DNA of 34,726 bases from Syntrophomonadaceae bacterium (GCA_007136055.1 SLHT01000067.1:1-34726); one strand, 5' to 3'; positions 25,965 through 34,726 are shown, counted from the stretch's first letter. Notes: generated by a model not told the origin, from the letters alone. Program-made: numbers and translations.

Positions 25965-25997
25965 TGTCAACCCTGCTATTTAAAGAACTGGTTTACA
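25965..25997. promoter_or_regulatory. Candidate BirA operator
   Basis: Inverted half-sites TGTCAACC (25965-25972) and GGTTTACA (25990-25997) separated by an AT-rich 17-nt spacer. This matches the TGT(A/T)AACC...GGTT(A/T)ACA pattern of Firmicute BirA sites as I recall it. It lies 70-100 nt upstream of birA. Confidence 0.55.
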
Positions 25998-26098
25998 ATG
26001 TCTATTTAAAACGCTGATTCTGGTCGCTAGGAGGATAATAGTAATCAAGGTTTTATGGGTATGGTCTTTACCGGTTAAATTATTATGGCAAAGAAAAA

Positions 26099-26122
26099 GA
26101 CGCAGTTAATGTTAACTGCGTC
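26099..26122. repeat. Perfect 24-bp palindrome GACGCAGTTAA-TG-TTAACTGCGTC
   Basis: Read directly from the sequence. On the minus strand it is followed by TTTTTCTTT (terminator-like), but there is no upstream minus-strand gene. Confidence 0.6.
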
Positions 26123-26311
26123 CAACAATATATAAAAAGAGGGGGTCAACTCACTATTATTATAAGGCCGTGACATTACAGAAATATTACAAACAGGTAA
26201 TTTTTTGATTACATTTCAAGTTAACAGTTTTATATGTTTAACAAAACAAAATAAAGTGGTATTATTGATCTGGTTAAAGTTCAATAATAAAAGTATCGAG
26301 GAGGATCATTG

Positions 26312-27607
26312 ATGCCGGTAGAAGTGGAAACGGAAAAGAAACAAGATAATACACTGGTGGCAACGCTTGCTATGGTTAAGCAGGCGATTGATCTCGCAGA
26401 ATTATCCCCAGAGGTTTACGAGCACTTAAAAACACCGATGCGTTTTGTTGAAGTAGCTATCCCGGTGGAAATGGAAGATGGCAGCACCAAAGTATTTACC
26501 GGCTACCGCTGTCAGCATAATAATGTATTCGGTCCATATAAAGGCGGGTTGCGGTATCACCCGGATGTTACAACTGATAGTATCAAGGCTCTGTCGATTT
26601 GGATGACCTTGAAGTGTTCCCTGGTGGGAGTGCCTTTCGGCGGAGCAAAAGGAGCAATTGTTTGTGATTCGCAGCAGCTGACCGTTAAAGAGCGGGAAAG
26701 AATGACCCGCAGCTATGTCCGTGCCTTAGGTTCCATCCTCGGGCCTGAAACAGATATACCTGCGCCTGATGTTTTTACAGACGCCCAGACAATGGCCTGG
26801 ATTGCAGATGAATATAGCAGCAACATGCGAGAACCTTCTTTTGGCGTGGTTACCGGAAAGCCCCTGGCTGTAGGAGGTTGTGTTGGCAGGAATGAAGCAA
26901 CCGGTAGGGGTGTGTATTTTGTGGCCAGGGAAGCAGCGAAGGCGTTTAATATTCCCTTTGAACATGCCCGCATTGCCATTCAGGGGTTTGGTAACGTGGG
27001 GAGTAATGCCGCTAAATTATTTGCAGATTCAGGCTGCCCTGTCATTGCTGTAAGTGATGTCAGTGGCGGCATTTGTAATGACGAAGGTCTTGATATTTAT
27101 AAACTTATCGAGCATGTTGAAAAAACCGGTTATGTCAAGGGGTTTCCGAATGCCCAGGATATAAACAACCAGGAATTGATTGCTTCTGATTGCGATATAC
27201 TTGTTCCCGCTGCTCTTGAAAACCAAATAACCGAAAACAATGCAGATAGCATTAAGGCAAAAATTGTTGTAGAAGGAGCGAACGGCCCAACAACACCCGA
27301 GGCGGACAGGATTCTAAGAGAAAAAAAAGTATTGGTCGTACCCGATATCCTTGCCAACAGTGGTGGGGTTACGGTATCCTATTTTGAATGGGTCCAGAAT
27401 AACTATGGTTTCCGCTGGGATCTGGCTACGGTTAACAGGCGGTTGGAAGAAAAAATGGCCGAAGCTTTTAAAATGGTTTATCATTATTATTGTGAAAAAT
27501 GTGTTGATTCTGACATGAGAACCGGAGCGTATATGTACTCTATTAAGAGGCTGGCTGAGGCAATGCATTACCGGGGTTGGTTAAATGATAAAAATGGCAA
27601 GTATTAA
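26312..27607 (+). CDS. gdh: Glutamate dehydrogenase (Glu/Leu/Phe/Val dehydrogenase family)
   Basis: YKGGLRYHPDV and VPFGGAKGAIVCD catalytic blocks. Rossmann GFGNVGSNAA. Resembles RocG/GudB-type GDH. ATG at 26312 is 8 nt after GAGGAGG; the track start TTG at 26309 is one codon upstream. Confidence 0.9.
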   Translation: MPVEVETEKKQDNTLVATLAMVKQAIDLAELSPEVYEHLKTPMRFVEVAIPVEMEDGSTKVFTGYRCQHNNVFGPYKGGLRYHPDVTTDSIKALSIWMTLKCSLVGVPFGGAKGAIVCDSQQLTVKERERMTRSYVRALGSILGPETDIPAPDVFTDAQTMAWIADEYSSNMREPSFGVVTGKPLAVGGCVGRNEATGRGVYFVAREAAKAFNIPFEHARIAIQGFGNVGSNAAKLFADSGCPVIAVSDVSGGICNDEGLDIYKLIEHVEKTGYVKGFPNAQDINNQELIASDCDILVPAALENQITENNADSIKAKIVVEGANGPTTPEADRILREKKVLVVPDILANSGGVTVSYFEWVQNNYGFRWDLATVNRRLEEKMAEAFKMVYHYYCEKCVDSDMRTGAYMYSIKRLAEAMHYRGWLNDKNGKY

Positions 27608-27724
27608 AAAAAATCGAAATTGTTCGTGTGATCTAAGGTTTTGTTTTGCCAATTACGGCCGGTTGAAACTTGTAAATTTAAATTAGCGGTTAAATTGATT
27701 CCTAACAAGGAGGAGATATTTACT

Positions 27725-27982
27725 TTGGCTCAGGCTAAAAAAAAGAGCATAAATGCCGATTTAGTCATTAACCGGACATGGTGCAAGGGCTGCGGTATAT
27801 GTATAGCTTTCTGTCCAAAGGAAGCTCTTTTTATGGATCATTCCGGAAAAGCGGAGAAAGATATGGAAAAATGCACCACCTGCGGCGTTTGCGAAACATT
27901 CTGCCCTGATTTTGCAATTGCGCTGGTGAATAGGAGGCTTTCAATAAATGCCGGAGACAAAACCGGTCCTGATGCAGGGTAA
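27725..27982 (+). CDS. korD: 2-oxoacid:ferredoxin oxidoreductase delta subunit (2x[4Fe-4S] ferredoxin-like)
   Basis: CKGCGICIAFCP and CTTCGVCETFCP motifs. TTG at 27725 lies 9 nt after AAGGAGGAG; the upstream 28 codons of the track ORF have no RBS. The kor assignment comes from subunit order, size and gdh adjacency, and substrate is not proven. Confidence 0.72.
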   Translation: MAQAKKKSINADLVINRTWCKGCGICIAFCPKEALFMDHSGKAEKDMEKCTTCGVCETFCPDFAIALVNRRLSINAGDKTGPDAG

Positions 27983-29072
27983 TGAAGCCTGTGCTGTGGG
28001 GGCAATTGCTGCCGGGGTTCGTTTTTATGCCGGTTATCCGATTACTCCTTCCACAGAGGTTGCTGAGCAAATGGCAGCCAAATTGCCTGAAATCGGCGGT
28101 GTTTTTATCCAGATGGAAGATGAAATAGCCAGTATGGCTGCCGTAATCGGTGCATCCATCGGTGGGATGCGAACCCTGACTGCTACAAGCGGGCCAGGTT
28201 TTTCTTTGAAGCAGGAAAATTTAGGTTATGCGATTATGGCAGAGATACCCTGTGTAGTCGTTAATGTTCAGCGTATGGGGCCCAGTACCGGTGTTCCTAC
28301 TGCTCCTGCCCAGGGAGATGTTATGCAGGCTCGCTGGGGTACTCATGGCGATCACCCGATTATTGTCTTTACACCCGCTTCTGTTTACGAGTCGTATTAC
28401 CTGACCATAGCTGCTGTAAACTTAAGCCAGAAACTGAGGCAGCCGGTTATAGTTCTGCTTGACGAAGTAATCGGTCACATGCGGGAAAAGGTAACTATTC
28501 CAGAAGGTAAGCTGATGGTTGAAAAATCTAGCGACAAGGTGCCTTCCGATTGGAAACCTTACGATGAGAAGGGTCTTACCCCTCTTGTTCCGTTTGGGTT
28601 TGGCCACTACTACCATGTAACCGGACTGTTTCACGATCAATATGGTTTTCCCACCGGTGATCCCCCCCAGGTAGAACGTGCCCTCGACCGCCTTCATGAG
28701 AAATTGGAAAAATACCGGGACGAGATTGTCCTTACCAATTATATCGGGCATAAAGAACCCAGGGTAGCCATTGTAACTTACGGCTGTACAGTTCGTTCTG
28801 CGCGATCAGTGGTAAAAAAAGCTTACTGGCAGAATAGACTGCCGGTTGGATTGTTAAGCCTGCAAACTGTCTGGCCTTTTCCGGCCAAAGAAATTGAAGC
28901 GCTGGCCAAGCAGGCTGATGTAATCATCGTGCCAGAAATGAACAGGGGTCAGCTTGTCGGCGAAGTCGAACGATATGCCTGTGGCGAGGCTAAAGTTGTT
29001 CCCCTGAACCGTTATGACGGGGAAATGATCAACCCTGATCAAATATCTGAAGAAGTCGGGAGGTGGCTGTAA
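27948..29072 (+). CDS. korA: 2-oxoacid:ferredoxin oxidoreductase alpha subunit
   Basis: N-terminus LMQGNEACAVGAIAAGVRFYAGYPITPSTE and SGPGFSLKQE are typical of KorA/PorA/VorA alpha subunits. RBS TAGGAGG. Confidence 0.85.
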   Translation: MPETKPVLMQGNEACAVGAIAAGVRFYAGYPITPSTEVAEQMAAKLPEIGGVFIQMEDEIASMAAVIGASIGGMRTLTATSGPGFSLKQENLGYAIMAEIPCVVVNVQRMGPSTGVPTAPAQGDVMQARWGTHGDHPIIVFTPASVYESYYLTIAAVNLSQKLRQPVIVLLDEVIGHMREKVTIPEGKLMVEKSSDKVPSDWKPYDEKGLTPLVPFGFGHYYHVTGLFHDQYGFPTGDPPQVERALDRLHEKLEKYRDEIVLTNYIGHKEPRVAIVTYGCTVRSARSVVKKAYWQNRLPVGLLSLQTVWPFPAKEIEALAKQADVIIVPEMNRGQLVGEVERYACGEAKVVPLNRYDGEMINPDQISEEVGRWL

Positions 29073-29884
29073 TGGAACAGTTGACCCAGGATTTTTTAAG
29101 AACCAAAAAACTGCCGCATATCTGGTGTCCGGGATGCGGAAACGGTATTGTTACCGCGGCCCTGGTCAGGGCTATTGAACGGACCGGCTATGATCAGAAA
29201 GATGTGGTTATTGTTTCCGGTATCGGCTGTTCTTCACGAGCCGCAGGTTACCTGAACTTTAACACCTTGCATACAACACACGGGCGGGCTCTGGCTTTTG
29301 CAACCGGTTTGAAAATGGCCAGGCCCGAACTTAAGCTATTTGTAATTATGGGTGATGGTGACTGCAGCGCTATCGGCGGCAATCACTTCATACACTCAGC
29401 CCGCAGGAATATTGACTTAAATGCAATAATAGTCAATAATCATATTTATGGGATGACCGGAGGCCAGCATTCACCCCTGACACCTACTGGTAAAAAAGCG
29501 ACTACAGCGCCCCGCGGCACCCTGGAAAGACCTTTTGACCTTTTGGAACTGGCCAGAGGCGCAGGAGCTACTTTTGGGGCCAAAGGTAATGCAGCGCAAC
29601 CGCGACAGCTTGAGCAGTTAATTATCAGGGCCGCAAATCATAAGGGTTTTTCTGTAATTGAAGCACTTTCTCCATGTCCGATTGCCTACGGTAGGCGAAA
29701 TAAATTAGGGGGTGCAGTCGATATGCTGCGGGATATGAAAGAAAAAAGCATATCGGTTGAACGCGCAGCTAATATGGACGAAGAGGAGCTGGAGGATAGA
29801 ACCATAAACGGGGTGCTGTACTCTATTGATGCTCCTGAGTTTGCCGAAGCATATTACCATTCAATCGGTAAGGATATCGGCTAA
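29072..29884 (+). CDS. korB: 2-oxoacid:ferredoxin oxidoreductase beta subunit (TPP-binding)
   Basis: WCPGCGNG cluster/TPP region, GIGCSSR, GDGDCSAIGGNH TPP-Mg motif. ATG at 29072 overlaps the korA stop (TAATG), with GGGAGGTGG upstream. Confidence 0.88.
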   Translation: MEQLTQDFLRTKKLPHIWCPGCGNGIVTAALVRAIERTGYDQKDVVIVSGIGCSSRAAGYLNFNTLHTTHGRALAFATGLKMARPELKLFVIMGDGDCSAIGGNHFIHSARRNIDLNAIIVNNHIYGMTGGQHSPLTPTGKKATTAPRGTLERPFDLLELARGAGATFGAKGNAAQPRQLEQLIIRAANHKGFSVIEALSPCPIAYGRRNKLGGAVDMLRDMKEKSISVERAANMDEEELEDRTINGVLYSIDAPEFAEAYYHSIGKDIG

Positions 29885-29901
29885 TAAGCGGAGGGATTCC
29901 T

Positions 29902-30480
29902 TTGGGAAACAGGCAGGAAATACTATTGACCGGTGCCGGGGGACAGGGTTTAATTCTCGCCTCAATCGTAATGGCAGCAGCAGCTGTTAATGACAACAAA
30001 AACGTGGTTCAGACTCAATCATACGGTCCTGAAGCAAGGGGTGGGGCCAGTATGGCCGGAGTTATTATTGATGTGGATACAATTGAATACCCTAAAGTTA
30101 CCAAACCTACTGTCCTGCTCTGTATGAACCAGACTTCTTTTAATAAATATCTTCCTAAGGTTGAGCCCGCCTGCATTATCATTGCTGATTCTACTTATGT
30201 CAGCGGTTCTTACAGTAAAGATTACAAGGTGCTGTCATTCCCCATCACCCGTTCTGCCAAAGAAGGTTTAGGACGGGAAGTTGTTGCCAACATGTTGGCC
30301 CTGGGCGTAATCAATGCAGCAAGCGGATTAATAAACAGGGAAATCTTCAGGGCAAGCATATTTGAGATGGCGCCCAAAGGGAGCGGAGAGCTAAATCAAC
30401 AGGCTTTTGATTTAGGCTATCGCCTTTATGAAAAGGGTTCGGGGCAGAATATCGGGGCATCCTCCCAAACACCCCAATAA
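29902..30480 (+). CDS. korC: 2-oxoacid:ferredoxin oxidoreductase gamma subunit
   Basis: LLTGAGGQGLILASIVMA and SYGPEARGG motifs of gamma subunits. TTG start after GGAGGG. Confidence 0.85.
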   Translation: MGNRQEILLTGAGGQGLILASIVMAAAAVNDNKNVVQTQSYGPEARGGASMAGVIIDVDTIEYPKVTKPTVLLCMNQTSFNKYLPKVEPACIIIADSTYVSGSYSKDYKVLSFPITRSAKEGLGREVVANMLALGVINAASGLINREIFRASIFEMAPKGSGELNQQAFDLGYRLYEKGSGQNIGASSQTPQ

Positions 30481-30669
30481 AAGCTTATCCTTGCAGTTTT
30501 AATATTTATAACTGTTTCTGGTTTAAGTATAATTTTTATACGTTAAAAATGGCCTGCCGGTAAACGGGGGTCATTTATCTTAATCGGTCTTATTAACTAC
30601 CGTTTGAAAAAGATGGAGGAGCGATTTTAATACTTTTTCCAGGCAGTAATTTCATATTGTATTTCTGCC

Positions 30670-30698
30670 TTGTATTTGAAAGGACGGAGCAGTATAAT
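30670..30698 (+). promoter_or_regulatory. Candidate sigma-A promoter for valS-folC
   Basis: TTGTAT (30670-30675), 17-nt spacer, TATAAT (30693-30698). This would give a leader of about 100 nt. Confidence 0.4.
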
Positions 30699-30805
30699 TA
30701 TTTAGTGTGAGTACAGGAAGATTGGGCTACTTTTCTATAATTGATTTATATTCTGAAACCTGCTTCTTATCTTCTGATTCCTATCGTTTATAATGAGGTG
30801 ACTAG

Positions 30806-33499
30806 ATGTCTGAAACAATGCTGCCCCCTGTATATGACCCAGCCGCAGTCGAAATAGAACGATACCAATTTTGGCTTGATGGTAAGTATTTCAGAGCTGC
30901 CCGCGACACCGAACTTACTCCTTATACCATTGTTATACCCCCGCCCAATGTAACAGGTTCTCTGCACATGGGTCATGCGCTCAACAATACTATCCAGGAT
31001 ATACTGATTCGTTGGAAACGTATGCAGGGTTTTGATACTCTCTGGCTTCCCGGCTGTGACCATGCCGGTATAGCTACTCAGAATGTAGTTGAAAAACACC
31101 TTGCTGAAGAAGGCGTGAACAGCAGCGAGCTGGGTCGCGAAGCTTTTCTGGAAAAAGTCTGGCAGTGGAAAGATACTTACCATGCCCGCATTACAAAACA
31201 ACTCTATCGTTTAGGGGTTTCCTGCGATTGGTCACGTGAGCGTTTTACTATGGATGAAGGTTGTTCAAAAGCTGTGCGCAGGGTTTTTGTCGATCTCTAC
31301 AGGCGGGGGTTAATATACCGGGGCGATTACATGATCAACTGGTGTCCCCGCTGCCATACAGCACTTTCGGATATCGAGGTTGAGCACGAAGAGGAGGCTT
31401 CGACAATTACCCACATCCGCTATCCGCTTTCGGACGGTTCAGGTTCAATAACCGTGGCTACGACCCGACCGGAAACAATGCTGGGAGATAGTGGCGTGGC
31501 TGTCCATCCCGAAGACAGGCGCTATAAAGAGCTTCAGGGAAAGAAAGTAGTTTTGCCTCTTTTGAACAGGGAAATTCCTATCGTGGCTGATGACTATGTC
31601 GACCCTGAATTCGGCAGCGGAGCGGTGAAGGTTACTCCCGGTCACGATTCCAACGACTTTGCGATCGGACAGCGCCACAGTCTCGAAGTTATTAAGGCTA
31701 TTAATGAAGATGCAAAAATGACTGAAGCGACCGGCCCCTACAAGGGTATGGATCGCTACGAGTGCCGTAAAAAGGTAGTTGAAGACCTTCAGTCGCTGGG
31801 ATTGATTGAGAAAACAGAAGATCATGATCATTCACTTGGCCGCTGCCAGCGCTGCGGTGTTGTTGTTGAACCGTTAATATCAAGGCAGTGGTTTGTGAAG
31901 ATGAAACCTCTGGCCGAGCCGGCCCTAAAAGCGGTTAAAGATGAGCAAACCCGGTTTGTACCGCCCCGCTTTACCCGTGTTTACCAGAGCTGGTTGGAAA
32001 ACATCAGGGATTGGTGCATATCACGCCAGATCTGGTGGGGGCACCGTATACCAGCCTGGTATTGCGCTTGCGGAGAGCTTATCGTTGACTACGAAGAACC
32101 GGAATATTGTCCCTCATGCGGCAGTAGCAAGTTGGAACAGGACACCGATGTTTTAGACACATGGTTTAGTTCCGCGTTGTGGCCTTTTTCCACGCTGGGC
32201 TGGCCTGAGGATACCCCTGATTTGGATCATTTCTACCCTACTTCTGTTTTGGTTACCGCTTACGATATTATCTATTTCTGGGTTGCCCGGATGATGTTTA
32301 TGGGCCTTGAATTCATGAAAGGGGTTCCTTTTCACACGGTTTATATAACAGGTTTAGTTCGTGATGCACTGGGCCGCAAGATGAGCAAATCTCTGGGTAA
32401 CGGGATCGATCCCCTGGAAGTTATCGAGAACTACGGAGCCGATACGCTGCGTTTTACGCTGGTTACCGGCCAGGCTCCCGGTAACGACCAGCGTTTTAGA
32501 CAGGAGGGAGTTGAAGCAGGACGTAACTTTGCAAACAAGATTTGGAATGCCTCGCGGTTTGTACTCATGAATTTAACAGATGAAGGCGAAAGCGAACCGA
32601 TTTTCACACCTTTTGATCCCGGCAACCTTCCTGAAAGTTTAAACCGTCCCGATCGATGGATCCTGCATCGTTACAATGAGACTCTGCAGAAAGCGACTAC
32701 CCTGCTCGAAAAGTATGAACTTGGTGAAGCAGCCCGCCTCATCTACGAATTTCTCTGGAACGATTTCTGCGACTGGTATGTTGAATTGAGCAAGTATTAC
32801 CTATATATGAAAGAAAGCAGTGCGCAGGCTGATGCAGACCGTAAACGCACACGCAGCCTGCTTGTTTATCTATTGGACGGGGTAATGCGCCTGCTGCATC
32901 CTTTTATGCCTTTTATTTCCGAGGAAATATGGCAGCAGCTTCCGTACCGTAAAGAGGAAGCCCTGGTTGTGGCTGCCTGGCCGCAGGTTGATAATAATTT
33001 AACATTTACTGAAGAGGCTTCTGATATGGCCATGTTCCAGGAAGTTGCCAGAGCAATAAGGAACCTGCGCAGCCAGGTTCAACTGCCCCCTGGCAATAAA
33101 ACTGAAGTTTTTGTCAGGGCTGCGGGGAAAATTGCCGTCTGTCTTGACGAAGAGCGCCATCATTTAAGCAAACTTGCTTTTGCCGAACCCCTGACTATCA
33201 AGCCGGAAGTTGAAAAACCAAAGCAAGCCCTGACCGCCATTATTGGTGAAGGGGTTGAAGTATACCTGCCCCTGGAAGGCGTAATTGATCTCGAGGCAGA
33301 GAGGGTTCGCCTTGAAAAAGAGCTTGATCAGTTGCAAACTGAAATAAAGAAAACCGAGGGTAAGCTAAACAACAGTGGTTTTATGGAAAAAGCGCCTGCC
33401 GGGGTGATTGCCAAAGAAAAAGCCCGCCGTGATGACCAGGATACCAGGCTGATAAAATTAAAGCAGGTACTGCAGGAGCTTAAACATACAGATGGATAA
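30806..33499 (+). CDS. valS: Valine--tRNA ligase
   Basis: HIGH motif PPPNVTGSLHMGHAL, KMSKS motif, CP1 editing domain, and a C-terminal coiled coil (LEKELDQLQTEIKKTEGKL). RBS GAGGTGA. Confidence 0.97.
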   Translation: MSETMLPPVYDPAAVEIERYQFWLDGKYFRAARDTELTPYTIVIPPPNVTGSLHMGHALNNTIQDILIRWKRMQGFDTLWLPGCDHAGIATQNVVEKHLAEEGVNSSELGREAFLEKVWQWKDTYHARITKQLYRLGVSCDWSRERFTMDEGCSKAVRRVFVDLYRRGLIYRGDYMINWCPRCHTALSDIEVEHEEEASTITHIRYPLSDGSGSITVATTRPETMLGDSGVAVHPEDRRYKELQGKKVVLPLLNREIPIVADDYVDPEFGSGAVKVTPGHDSNDFAIGQRHSLEVIKAINEDAKMTEATGPYKGMDRYECRKKVVEDLQSLGLIEKTEDHDHSLGRCQRCGVVVEPLISRQWFVKMKPLAEPALKAVKDEQTRFVPPRFTRVYQSWLENIRDWCISRQIWWGHRIPAWYCACGELIVDYEEPEYCPSCGSSKLEQDTDVLDTWFSSALWPFSTLGWPEDTPDLDHFYPTSVLVTAYDIIYFWVARMMFMGLEFMKGVPFHTVYITGLVRDALGRKMSKSLGNGIDPLEVIENYGADTLRFTLVTGQAPGNDQRFRQEGVEAGRNFANKIWNASRFVLMNLTDEGESEPIFTPFDPGNLPESLNRPDRWILHRYNETLQKATTLLEKYELGEAARLIYEFLWNDFCDWYVELSKYYLYMKESSAQADADRKRTRSLLVYLLDGVMRLLHPFMPFISEEIWQQLPYRKEEALVVAAWPQVDNNLTFTEEASDMAMFQEVARAIRNLRSQVQLPPGNKTEVFVRAAGKIAVCLDEERHHLSKLAFAEPLTIKPEVEKPKQALTAIIGEGVEVYLPLEGVIDLEAERVRLEKELDQLQTEIKKTEGKLNNSGFMEKAPAGVIAKEKARRDDQDTRLIKLKQVLQELKHTDG

Positions 33500-34726
33500 T
33501 CAAGAAAAGCGCTACCTTGAAGCTCTTCAATGGATCCATGGATTGGGCCGTTTTGGAATTAAACCCGGGCTTGAACGAATAACTGCCTTGCTCGAAGTGC
33601 TTGGTAATCCTCAACAAATGGTGACTTTTGTTCACATTGCCGGGACCAACGGCAAGGGTTCCACGGCAGTTATGCTTGCCTCCATGCTGCAGTCTGCAGG
33701 TTATAAGATTGGTCTTTACACCTCACCGTTTCTGCTTTCCTTTACTAATCGGATGGCAGTAAACGGAACCGATATAGATCAGGAAGAGTTAATCGAATTG
33801 GTTGATCTGATCTGTCCCCTGGTTGATAAGATCAGCAGCGATTCGAAGCTGGGGGCCATGACTGAATTTGAAGTGGTAACCGCCCTGGCGCTTACCTATT
33901 TTGCCCGTCGGAAAGTGGACCTGGTTGTATTGGAAGTCGGGTTGGGCGGCAGGCTTGATGCTACCAATGTTGTTTCACCTCTTTTAAGCATTATTACAAA
34001 TGTAAGCCTGGAACATACCGATGTCCTCGGCGATACAGTTGAAGAAATAACCGAAGAAAAAGCAGGGATTATAAAGCGAGGGAGGCCGCTTATAACTGCA
34101 GCCGAAGATCCGGTCGTTCTTTCCGGTTTAAAAGAGCGCTGTCTGCAGTTAGGCGCTTCTTTTAAGCGGGTTTACTCTCCTCGTGACGGGAAACCGTGCA
34201 GTCCTTCTGAAAAGCCATGTGCCGCCCTGCAGGAAATAACCCCTGAAGGACAGCTGTTTTCGTACCACGGCTATAACCTGCAGCTTGACGATCTTTTTAT
34301 TCCCCTGCGTGGTTCTTACCAGGTTGCCAACGCTTTAACTGCTCTCGCCGCTGTAGAAATGTTGAAAAAAGAGGGGTTTCTGGTTGATGAAAAGGCTTTA
34401 CGCAGCGGGCTTGCCGCAACCGTCTGGCCCGGCAGACTGGAACTCTTGAGCAAAGAACCGCTTTTGATCATCGATGGTGCTCACAATCCCGGGGCCATTG
34501 AAAAACTTTCCGAGGCCCTGCCCTGTTACTTTAATTATCAGCGGTTGATTTTAGTTATTGGTATGCTCGCCGATAAAGACACGGCAGCAATGCTCGAACA
34601 CATTCTGCCCCTGGCTGACAGCGTAGTATTTACCAGGCCGGTTTTACCCAGGGCGGCAGATCCCGCAGATATTGCCGCTTTTGCAAAAGAACACTTCAAC
34701 TTGCAAAAAGAGCATTACGTCATAGC
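33492..34726 (+). CDS. folC: Folylpolyglutamate synthase / dihydrofolate synthase, 3' end outside the window
   Basis: My own translation from ATG 33492 stays open to the window end: MDNQEKRYLEALQWIHGLGRFGIKPGLERI..., P-loop HIAGTNGKGST, EVGLGGRLDATN, IIDGAHNPGA. The start overlaps the valS stop (ATGGATAA). It is absent from the ORF track because no stop is reached. Confidence 0.9.
   Translation, partial: MDNQEKRYLEALQWIHGLGRFGIKPGLERITALLEVLGNPQQMVTFVHIAGTNGKGSTAVMLASMLQSAGYKIGLYTSPFLLSFTNRMAVNGTDIDQEELIELVDLICPLVDKISSDSKLGAMTEFEVVTALALTYFARRKVDLVVLEVGLGGRLDATNVVSPLLSIITNVSLEHTDVLGDTVEEITEEKAGIIKRGRPLITAAEDPVVLSGLKERCLQLGASFKRVYSPRDGKPCSPSEKPCAALQEITPEGQLFSYHGYNLQLDDLFIPLRGSYQVANALTALAAVEMLKKEGFLVDEKALRSGLAATVWPGRLELLSKEPLLIIDGAHNPGAIEKLSEALPCYFNYQRLILVIGMLADKDTAAMLEHILPLADSVVFTRPVLPRAADPADIAAFAKEHFNLQKEHYVI

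Noticed and set aside
1-34726. CRISPR arrays, tandem or interspersed repeats, IS elements, toxin-antitoxin pairs, restriction-modification or other defence genes
   Set aside because: I saw no repeat-spacer periodicity and no transposase or integrase-like ORFs. Every ORF longer than 150 aa is assignable to a housekeeping or metabolic family. By-eye inspection cannot exclude short dispersed repeats, so a self-dot-plot would be the decisive check.

Overview
This window looks like a core-chromosome segment of a Gram-positive anaerobe. Gene order and ferredoxin-dependent enzymes suggest Bacillota, probably Clostridia, but that is an inference and not a database hit.

Content from left to right:
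- the 3' part of a sodium:solute symporter, then larE
- a small acidic lipoprotein
- an MBL-fold hydrolase overlapping glpK
- a DUF502 membrane protein
- a tRNA-His/tRNA-Gln pair on the minus strand
- a LiaF-like membrane protein
- a stand-alone MurE-like Mur ligase paralog
- a 60-aa ferredoxin
- a 675-bp AT-rich gap holding two perfect DnaA boxes
- an M24 peptidase
- a fadR-fadN-fadA beta-oxidation operon
- the conserved tig-clpP-clpX-lon-engB cluster
- an HgdC/BcrAD-type activase followed by a LarA-family nickel-pincer enzyme
- a birA-bioY operon with its operator
- gdh followed by a four-subunit 2-oxoacid:ferredoxin oxidoreductase
- valS overlapping the start of folC, which runs off the right edge

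I see no CRISPR array, transposase, integrase, phage or toxin-antitoxin genes, and no recognisable defence island. I therefore do not claim a clear novel multi-gene system.

The items most worth a second look are:
- the orphan activase plus LarA-homolog pair attached to engB
- the three-cysteine LarE encoded 21 kb away from it
- the MurE-like ligase with a divergent C-terminal domain
- the DnaA-box pair away from any dnaA gene
- two lipoprotein signal-peptide stub ORFs

Several ORF-track starts appear too far upstream (fadR, lon, engB, korD, korB, gdh). I re-set them from ribosome-binding-site position and remembered ortholog N-termini.
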